A stretch of DNA of 26,584 nt. It comes from Andalucia godoyi And28 (Eukaryota > Protista > Jakobida). Where the stretch lies: NCBI GenBank assembly GCA_009859145.1, contig VRVR01000058.1, positions 23,135 through 49,718 of the forward strand, read 5' to 3'. Below, in pieces: positions 18,866 to 26,584 of the stretch. A program made the position numbers and the translations under genes. The stretch's first letter is position 1. Each line of letters begins with the position of its first letter. Below the pieces are notes generated by a model. It was given only the letters and a program-made list of their open reading frames with translations, searched no databases and was not told where the DNA came from.

Positions 18866-19771
18866 TCAATGCTGATTTTGCAAACATCCGGAAGTGCAAA
18901 AGCACAGAGAGAGAAACTGGAAATCACGGTCCCAGAATTCAGTCAAAAATCGTTCGGACAGTTTGAAATCGTCTGACAACGACAAAGAAGTGGTTTCAGA
19001 ATCGAAGTCCTGGCTCGATTCTTTCAACTTGAACTTTTTCAAAGGAACTGAATGAGTGGGAGCGACCGCTTGATGAGGAAGTACAGGCAAAGAGCATACC
19101 TGAGGATGCGAGTCGTAGGCGTCGGACTTCCGAGAAATGCATTGGCACCAATCGATGTCGCATCGGTGCCCCATACCCCACGGACCTGGAGACAAGTTGT
19201 TCCTTTTAGACTTGACTTCGAAAGGCGGGGAAACAATTGTGAAGAGCGGAGGTTGCTGGACCAAGTTTGCGGATCCTGGGATGTCGTGTCTTCGTAGAGG
19301 ATATCCACAGATACGAACCCGAAACGTACGTTGAATACCTTGGCGGACGTAGGAAGACATTTGACCGAGCGAAAAGGGAACCGTTTGTCCTTTCCAATTG
19401 TTTTCCGTATGACAGTACTTCAACGATGACACAAGAGTCTTTCTCGATAATGACCACACAATCCCTTGTGGAACAGGTAAATTTGTGCTCGAGTCCAAAA
19501 CGGAAGATTCTAGAATAATGTCATCGACAGTTCGCAGCTTGCAACGACCAGCCTCAGGCGGAATCATGGAAACCGTGATATCAAAACAGTATACTGCTGT
19601 TCGGAACCAAATACAGTCCTCTTCTCCCCAGCAATGGAACGATGTCCTTCCGGATCGAAGCAGCACAGTTATCGACGATGGTGGATCGGAACAACAAGTT
19701 CCTGGAAGTTCCGGTGTCCATTCAAAGCCGGGAGACATTGATGTTGTCAAAAAAAGGTTCAAAGTATACAA
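18866..19771 (-). CDS. Hypothetical protein (exon of a probably spliced gene); possible beta-sandwich transcription-factor domain
   Basis: 301-codon open frame without an ATG start; a GAG|GTAAGT donor lies at 19780. The beta-rich core ends FRVRICG..IVSPPFEVKSKR and is followed by a Ser/acidic tail. Confidence 0.6.
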   Translation of the reverse strand: MYTLNLFLTTSMSPGFEWTPELPGTCCSDPPSSITVLLRSGRTSFHCWGEEDCIWFRTAVYCFDITVSMIPPEAGRCKLRTVDDIILESSVLDSSTNLPVPQGIVWSLSRKTLVSSLKYCHTENNWKGQTVPFSLGQMSSYVRQGIQRTFRVRICGYPLRRHDIPGSANLVQQPPLFTIVSPPFEVKSKRNNLSPGPWGMGHRCDIDWCQCISRKSDAYDSHPQVCSLPVLPHQAVAPTHSVPLKKFKLKESSQDFDSETTSLSLSDDFKLSERFLTEFWDRDFQFLSLCFCTSGCLQNQH

Positions 19772-20514
19772 CTAACTTACCTCGTCAATGATAAGCAAAA
19801 TTATTGCTGTCCTCCAAGAGATTCACTGATCCACTGAAATAAGTACTTGTGGTGGACAGCATGAAGTCCGGAGAACTTTCACGCATTGACCAAAAAGAGA
19901 GTGTGCGCCTTTTCTGATGCGACCAAGCAAAACAACAGCAGAATGAGCAAGATCAAGGGTTGAAGCCCAAATGCAGCTTCTCAGGGTGAGAAGGGCATCG
20001 CCACTTGAAACCAAATATTGCTAGTCGGTAACGTTTCCGCAATCGCGGCTGTCTGTTCGCCAGGTGTCTACATGAATCCTCCTGTTTTCAGCGGGTTCAC
20101 AAACTTGAATGACGAATGGATTTGGTAGTTTCCTGCAACAAAAACAATCCAAAAGAAGACCAGTGCAATCACAAGCGTTGAACGGCGAGTGAGAAAAGAA
20201 AGTATTATCCTCCAACCCAAACGTCTCTCCAAAAATTTGACTCGCATGCTGCGTCTCAAAAACAAGATTATTTGGCGTAAAGTGACTTTTGAAATCAGCA
20301 TCAGCGCCCATCCAATGAAGCTCCCCTTTTGAGTGGGACATCCGTGGGTCTGCGCACCCCAAAACAGAAACAACCTATTTTTTCGTCAGAGCTCTCGAAA
20401 TGCTCAATTAGTGCATTCGTTAGAAACCGCTTGGACCCCGGGAACCATGGGAAACTAGGGGTTTCAACGAGCTTCACTTTTTGCCGTTCCGCATTTTTTA
20501 TCCACTTGTTCATT

Positions 20515-20631
20515 CTCTCTCTCTCTCTCTCTCGATCTTTCCTTCTCTGTTTTCAATCGAGCGGATGTTGTATTCATTCTGTTGATTGGCAATGGTGTGC
20601 GCCACACAGAAAGAGAGAGAGAGAGAGAGAG
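20515..20631. repeat. Inverted microsatellite pair: (CT)9 at 20515-20532 and (AG)10 at 20612-20631
   Basis: Seen directly. Confidence 0.9.
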
Positions 20632-21194
20632 AAAGGGCACGGCGGAGGAATCATCGATCACAAGGAATCGGTTGTCAGTATTCGACAGTGTCTCTCTCAT
20701 TGGGCCGCGACCTGCACACTTACGCCACCGCGACACCGACAGCAACTATCTGCAGAAGAAAAAAGGTCGACCTTCATTCAACAGCAATGTCGACGGCTGT
20801 AATACTCGGCCATACTATCCGATGATATTCACAGCCGTTCCACCAGACCTCTGGGTTGGAGGGTAGTACCTGAATAAAAGCAGAACTAGGAGAATGGAAA
20901 CTTCAACCACTAAGCGTGGTCACACACCCCTTCTGGTGAACGCTTTCGGATGTTTTTTTCCCCACTATTTTCCGGCTGCGCAACCAGCAACGCCACGCCC
21001 TTCATTCAATATGAAAGACCACAAGGAGAAGACTTCGGCAGAGTTCATCCCAAAACAACAAACAAAACAACAACAAAAACCTTGTAAATTTGTGACTCAT
21101 AGACAATCAGGTATGTCATAATTTTTCTATGCTGCGTAACTGTCTGCATTCCCGATTTGCATTGCCCATTTTCCCCGTCTTTTGTCCCTTGGAA

Positions 21195-21699
21195 TCAAGA
21201 GATCCTACTGAAACCCAAAATGAAGTGCCGCACATTTTCTCCGAGTTTGTAATGCAATGACAAAAATTCAGACGCATTTCTCGTGAGATTCGCATTCAGC
21301 CGAGAATAACATTGAAGTGCGACAGCGGAAGGAAAAAATTGCTGAGAAAGGCGGACAACTGAACCGTGCATGATTGAAGAAGACTCGGGAGGAAAGCGTT
21401 CGTAGGGAATATAGGTGCTAACGGCCGGGGTTTGCGTCGTGACTACTGGGGACCAGAAGAACCTTTCGTGTTCTGCAGCATTGGCTTGCGGAAAGCTCGG
21501 TGCAGTCCGTTGGATTTGATCTTTCCAAAATTAAGAAAGGCTAACTAGGTACTGATCGAGCTTACCTGCTTCAAGGCGTCGGGAACATGGCGGGCCATCG
21601 TTCGGTCGCATGACCGGTGTCCAAACTTGCAATTCAGACACTCATAATGCTGCTTTTGCGATTGCGAGTCAGTAGACCATTCTTTTCTGTGAAAACCAT
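21195..21699 (-). pseudogene. Degenerate Zn(II)2Cys6 (GAL4-type) transcription factor gene
   Basis: It reads MVFTEKNGLLTRNRKSSIMS/CLNCKFGHRSCDRTMAR/PCSRRLEA (C-x2-C-x6-C...PC-x2, with the fifth Cys as CGC). A 45-nt GT-AG intron follows, then a 108-codon open frame in phase. Confidence 0.55.
21521..21565 (-). other. Candidate 45-nt spliceosomal intron
   Basis: CAG|GTAAGC ... pyrimidine-rich CCTTTCTTAATTTT ... GGAAAG|; splicing joins the PCSR frame to the long downstream frame. Confidence 0.5.
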
Positions 21700-22696
21700 A
21701 GTGAGTAACTCGTGCCACTCCCTATGTATGAAGCAGCACCCCCCTCCCCCTCAAAAGAGAAGGCCGCTGGGGCCCGGAAACAAGGTTGGGAGATTCAGCA
21801 GTACAACATGAATAAGTGGCAACGATGCCAGAGGTCGTGGAATGATACAATGCAGTAATATCAGTGTCTGACGTGTGAGAGGCGGAAAGAGAAAAGACAA
21901 GAAAGGAGAAAAAGAGAAATCGCAATACAAAAGTTTTGTTCAAGTCATCCCTGGCTGAGCGACGTTTCGCCAAAGGGGCTGGCTCTCATTTCAGCAGCAG
22001 AGGGAATGGTCCCCTGTTTTAGCGACAGCTCGAATGAGAAATATTTCCCCAAAGCGGTGGCCAACCAAAGACAGCTTCGAGTACGAGCAGAAGAAGAGCA
22101 AAGCTTATCGACAGCTTGGAGCAGTTTCCATTTTCAGCACATCCTGCGCAGCATCCGCAAAGACCTTCAGCAACGCATCGCACATCCGCATGCATCAATA
22201 CGAAACAAGGCTGAGCACCCCCCACATGCGCTCTTGCATTGGAACCCGAATGTGAATTCAATTCAGAAGGGGGTGCATAGGCTCTAGTACGCCCCTTCTT
22301 CGCCGGGTTCGACTCGTCCGCTTTCAACAAATTGCGAATTCCCTCATCGCGCACGTCGCATGGCACACGACTTTCAGCCACGGGGTTCGCTGGCTTTCAC
22401 AATGTCGTGAGTCGGCATTTGAGCGGGAGTGCACGAAGGGGTTTTGAGCGTTTTTCCCACGGACGACTGTTTCTCAGTCGGACACCTAACCAACGGTCCT
22501 GCAAGGTCTGACAAAGTCAACTGCTGGAGACTTCGAGAGTCGACAGGTGCAGCCATCCTTACTCTTGCACACTCCCAGCCTCTCATTAATAACGGTTTAA
22601 TAGAATTAAATGTTAATAAAAGATGATGCCTCTGTTTACGTTGAACGAGTTTACTATGCTCGCAGACCCAGCAACGGGACACCCAGTCACTTTGTC

Positions 22697-23537
22697 TCAA
22701 CAAACTGCGACAGCGATCCACGCAAGCGCAGCCAGCAGGGGGTGAGGCACATGGTTGTTGCTGCAGAATCAGAGGCAGAATCAAAAGTGTTCACTGCTGT
22801 CGAATTGGAGACCGTGCGATTGTACAAGATTTCAAGCGCGTAGACAACCGGCTGTTCAAGCTCGGAATCCCGTGGCGTACACGAGCCCCAAGCTGGCGTC
22901 AAAACCAAGGATCGGCGAGGTGTAAGACGGCAGACGAACCGTCGTGTTCACGATCTCACCGGGGGGGAACAAAGGGATGCGATAGCTGTGCACAAACTAT
23001 TCCACCTTCTGGGAGAAACGGATACACCGACGTATTGACAGTTCGACTGGACGGCGTCAAGAGCAGAGAGTACTCGGGAACTGCCAAGCCTCCTACGTTT
23101 GAAATCCTGCTATCCTGCGGTAACGGAATGCCTGCAGAAGATACGGTGGCATCCGTATTCTTGTCAAACGCGCTGAACTGATTGGCTTCTGGTCCCAGAA
23201 AGTAGACGACATTTCGGCGGGGCCACGAAAGCGCTCCTGCACGATAAAAATTGGAGGAATTGTAGGTGGCAACTCGCAGCACCCGCACTTCTGTTATCCC
23301 AGGTGTTGTTGATGCATCTATTTTCAGGATGAAGTTCTGGACCTGCCCACCAGATGGAAAGGTGTAAATCGAAGTTCGATTGTCACTGCCAACAACAGGG
23401 CCCAAACCAATGAGTCCCAAACCAATCGAGCGATTAAGGACGATGTTGACTGTCCGTTTCACATCCAGCGTTGCAAGGTCAAACACCACAAACATGAAAC
23501 CAGAGCGATTGGCGGGGAGGATTGTGTTGATCAACAA
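22697..23537 (-). pseudogene. Frameshifted, 5'-truncated GPI-type beta-rich surface protein
   Basis: ORF 22956-23537 continues after a +1 at the C7 run (GEIVNTTVRLPSYTSPILGFDASLGLVYAT), a +1 at GGG (DSELEQPVVYALEILYNRT..SDSAA) and a further shift to the hydrophobic tail PLLAALAWIAVAVC*. No signal peptide is found. Confidence 0.6.
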
Positions 23538-23582
23538 AGGAAAATGCCCTCTTCAGCTATGGGGCTTCTAAAAGACGCCAAG

Positions 23583-23903
23583 ATGCTCAGGGACGCCGTG
23601 CGGTCATCTGCCAGAGAAATGATATCTGACGAAATACCGGCCAGTTTTTGAAGAGACGTGCCATTCGCGGAAAACGAAAAACATGCAATAAACTGCGGAG
23701 AGACATTGCTGATGTCGGGGCACTTCCAATTCCGCCCGGCGGCTGCTGCACAAGGCGATGGAGAATGGAACCGCTAATGTGTTCAGATGTCCAGCGTGTG
23801 CACTGATGATGCATCGAGACTGGAATGGAGGGTGCAGCATCTATTTGAAGAACACGGTGCACACATGCACTTGGGTGTGCTGGGGCTTGGTCTCGTACGA
23901 CAC
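23583..23903 (+). mobile_element. Fanzor2 relic C: internally deleted non-autonomous element
   Basis: It reads MLRDAVRSSAREMISDE|PVFEETCHSRKTKNMQ*TA/TLLMSGHFQFRP(+1)RLLHKAMENG|TANVFRCPACALMMHRDWNGGCSIYLKN, followed by two hairpins. The core is nearly identical to relic B, in inverted orientation. The 5' part (23583-23706) is less certain. Confidence 0.85.
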
Positions 23904-23931
23904 AGGCAAAAAGGAAAACATAATTTACTGG

Positions 23932-24813
23932 CTACCACGCCGGTGAAGATCCCGTTTCTGCTGAATGCTGCTGCGGCTGCGGCGGCGGATACATTTCGAG
24001 GCTAGAAGCGCTGGACACTTGGGCGCTCGAACCGCCGAGACGTGTGTGCCCATTGTCTGGATTGTACGGAGTTACTGACTCCAGAAAGTACACTTGTGCA
24101 TCCGTGTACGTGGTTGTCAGGGTGGAGTTGCTGGAGATCTGCACCGTTTTTGATACAGAATACTCTCCAAGAAGGTCAAATGGCTCGTCGTTGCGCTCCA
24201 CGGCTCCGGCGCTTCGCAATCGAATTGAGGAAATGATAAAGTCTGCAAACGGAAGGATGAGCCACAGAAGATTGATAGTGGCTGACTTTTCCGCGATCCC
24301 GAGAATGATGGTCATGGACGTGACGAGGAAGAAGAACAGCATCCACAGAATGTAGACAAATCGCAGTACCTTGCTCTTGGAAAGGATGATCCAGAACCAG
24401 TCAATCCAGCGCGAATATCGTTCGTATATGGCAGCATTGAACTCTCGCAGCGTGCAATCCTCGGTGGACACCATCGGGCCTGCGTACTGCAGAAGGCGCC
24501 ACCTACGAAAGAGGATGTGAAGGGGATTGTAGGTGGTCAGGTTGATAATCAGCCGAAGAAGGACAGCAATAAAGAACGCCATGCCGTACCACGAATCTAC
24601 GGAAATGGCAGAGAGAAAGAACACGTACAGAAGAATCAGGACAGCCAACTGAATGAGTGCCATAATTACAAGTTCCCCACTCTTCGCGTATTCATAGTAC
24701 TCGATCGGATTGAAGCAATCAAGGAACCAACCGCCGCGGTACTTCGGATTTGTTCTGTACTTGCGATAGTCCCCGTTGGTATCCAGCAATGCATCCTTCA
24801 ACTCTCGAACCAT
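23932..24813 (-). CDS. Hypothetical membrane protein with about 4 TM segments (293 aa)
   Basis: The ATG at 24813 lies within the 422-codon ORF; four hydrophobic segments and a Ser/Pro-rich tail. The stop is about 30 bp from the 3' end of Fanzor relic C. Confidence 0.8.
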   Translation of the reverse strand: MVRELKDALLDTNGDYRKYRTNPKYRGGWFLDCFNPIEYYEYAKSGELVIMALIQLAVLILLYVFFLSAISVDSWYGMAFFIAVLLRLIINLTTYNPLHILFRRWRLLQYAGPMVSTEDCTLREFNAAIYERYSRWIDWFWIILSKSKVLRFVYILWMLFFFLVTSMTIILGIAEKSATINLLWLILPFADFIISSIRLRSAGAVERNDEPFDLLGEYSVSKTVQISSNSTLTTTYTDAQVYFLESVTPYNPDNGHTRLGGSSAQVSSASSLEMYPPPQPQQHSAETGSSPAW

Positions 24814-25972
24814 GTTTGGTTGTTTGTTTCGTATGTTTCCTCCCCTTCCTTCTTCCGTAGTTCGTATTTCGTATTTTCGAGCTCCAAAAGCTACAGAAAT
24901 TGGGGAAATGTCTGAGAAGGTCAGGTCGTTGACGCATGTGCGTCGCCACGTGAGCTCGTGGGTTGGGGACTTGGAGGAGGGTGGTGCGTGAGTATATATA
25001 TGTGCGTGTGCGATGTGAACGCTTTGCAAGTGGTGCCCCCCAATGGGGAAATTTGCTGAGCGGGAATGCTTTGCCGATTCCTGCAGACACACACCCCTAA
25101 GGATTGCTCGCGCTCTACTCGCGCGGACGGGCACAAGATTTATCCGAACGACCGAGCTGTACCGTTTTGAATTTCCAAGAAGTGATTTGAAGTGTGCCAC
25201 AGCCCATGTACAGCCAAGCTGATGGCAAGCGAATGAACAGATGCTTCGAAAAACATGATCTTGGTCTCACGGACTGGTGCCTCCGCGGTACGAATCGGGA
25301 AATCTGAATTCCGTGAATGTGAGAGCAGACTGCTTCGCTCCGATGCGGACGGACGATCTGCTTGTCAAAGAATGTGGCGAGCGAGGCCCCGTGCCCGTTC
25401 TCTTGTCCGCAGTCCCGCAGGAAAGCATTTGCGAAACAAGAATAGTACGTGTAACAACCCTTAACTGTGCATTCTCTGGGGTCCTTTTCCGTTGTCTGTT
25501 GCTTTCGAAGCACTGTGTTAAAAGGCGATTTCTGCGCCACTGAATACGTTCCTGTGCCTTCTTCCTCCGTTGCTTGTTCTCGCTGTTCCAAACTGGTTTT
25601 GTGTCATGCATTCTCTCTAGAAGCATTTTTTCCCGATGTGGGGGTCGATCTGCCTCTTCCTTTCTCTCTTTGTGGGGTGCTCTTGCTGCCGCAGCCTCAT
25701 TTTAATCACGCTCCCCTTCTCGCTCTCGCCTCTTGCTGTCCGCAGAAAACTAGCGGCATGCATAAGGAAGCAATTAAACATAATTCAAGAAAATGAAACA
25801 GTAGAGAGTGACGAAATCGTTTACAAATGTATAAATATTACCAAGCCATGTGTTCATCACACCTCTCTCTTTTTTGATTCATTCACACTCGCTCGCTCAC
25901 TCATATCCGCCAGCTCCGTCCGCCAGTCAGCGCCAACTCGAAACAAACAAAACAAAAAACGGCATTTCGAAA

Positions 25973-26584
25973 TCAATGCGACAGAATTGCGGGCGGTTCG
26001 TCGGTATCGGCTCGAGGAGCCTCTCTAATATGTACTAAAAGGTAGGTCGTCGCCTTTCCGAGACCCTTCAACACGGACTCGACTTCCGCGCACTCAAACC
26101 ACGGGTACACAAGCTCGTACGTTTCTCGGCTCATGTGCACCCCGTCGATCTTTGGACACGTCTGCTCCAGCCGTGCGGCGTAGTTCACTGAGTGGCCATA
26201 GATATCATACAGGTATCGGTTCTTGGAAATGACCCCGGACACAACGGGACCCGTATGGACGCCACATCGAACGTGCATGCCAAACTCATTTGCAATCTTG
26301 ATGACGTCCAGGCAGAAGCGAACAGCACACAGCGCCTCGTTCTGAACGTCCAGATCGTGCTGTTGCTCCGATCCATACATTTTCGAAAAATGCAGGCCCG
26401 TTGCACCGAACCAGCAGTCCCCGATGATCTTGATCTTGAACACCTGAAACGAGTCCGCCGCGAGGTCAAACTTGGTGTACAGATTGTCAAGAATGGACAC
26501 AATCGCCCCAGGCCCTTCCGCGATGCGATCCTGGCACATCGTCGAGAACCCAACAAGGTCCCACAAAAACTGCACGACACGCTC
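25973..26584 (-). CDS. Class III adenylate cyclase catalytic domain, 5' part outside the window
   Basis: The frame is open to the window edge (ERVVQFLWDLVGFS). Motifs: KIKIIGDCWF, GVHTGPVVSG, YDIYGHSVNYAARLE and LKGLG; K and D specificity residues. Confidence 0.92.
   Translation of the reverse strand, partial: ERVVQFLWDLVGFSTMCQDRIAEGPGAIVSILDNLYTKFDLAADSFQVFKIKIIGDCWFGATGLHFSKMYGSEQQHDLDVQNEALCAVRFCLDVIKIANEFGMHVRCGVHTGPVVSGVISKNRYLYDIYGHSVNYAARLEQTCPKIDGVHMSRETYELVYPWFECAEVESVLKGLGKATTYLLVHIREAPRADTDEPPAILSH

Noticed and set aside
21558-21570. U1 snRNA 5' end (CTTACCTG)
   Set aside because: It lacks the ATA start and U1 stems, and is better explained as the reverse complement of a CAG|GTAAGC splice donor.
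22265-22320. tRNA or Pol III gene (hairpin 22265-22299 plus GGTTCGACTC at 22306-22315)
   Set aside because: The T-arm stem does not pair, and there is no D-arm or cloverleaf.
4069-25200. N-terminal extensions given by the ORF track (4069, 17432, 25200)
   Set aside because: They start at non-ATG codons and run through T-rich or repeat sequence typical of 5' UTRs; downstream ATGs (4333, 17549, 24813) fit better.
1-26584. TGA reassignment or readthrough, suggested by several protein-like frames interrupted by TGA (3131, 5913, 19823, 23553)
   Set aside because: The intact genes use TGG for Trp, and the cyclase at 25973 ends at TGA followed by T-rich UTR. The interruptions lie in decayed elements that also contain TAA stops and frameshifts.

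Overview
Nuclear DNA of an unidentified unicellular eukaryote: mixed-strand, largely intron-poor genes, at least one GT-AG intron candidate, microsatellites and the standard genetic code. Apparently intact genes encode a multi-pass membrane protein, a V/I-P repeat protein, two 4-TM proteins, three signal-peptide/GPI-type surface proteins (one Cys-rich, two paralogous and head-to-head), a soluble PAS-adenylate cyclase and a second class III cyclase cut by the window edge. Several other loci are frame-broken: an HO-like diiron enzyme fragment, a Zn2Cys6 factor, a GPI surface protein and an unknown gene. The main discovery, not visible as any single ORF, is three relics of a Fanzor2 (eukaryotic TnpB-like RNA-guided nuclease) element at about 2975-3820 (+), 5683-5945 (-) and 23583-23903 (+). 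All are dead as proteins, but their 3' ends keep hairpins that vary while staying paired, as expected for omegaRNA scaffolds. Family assignments come from motif recognition by eye and from recalled consensus motifs; no database search was run.
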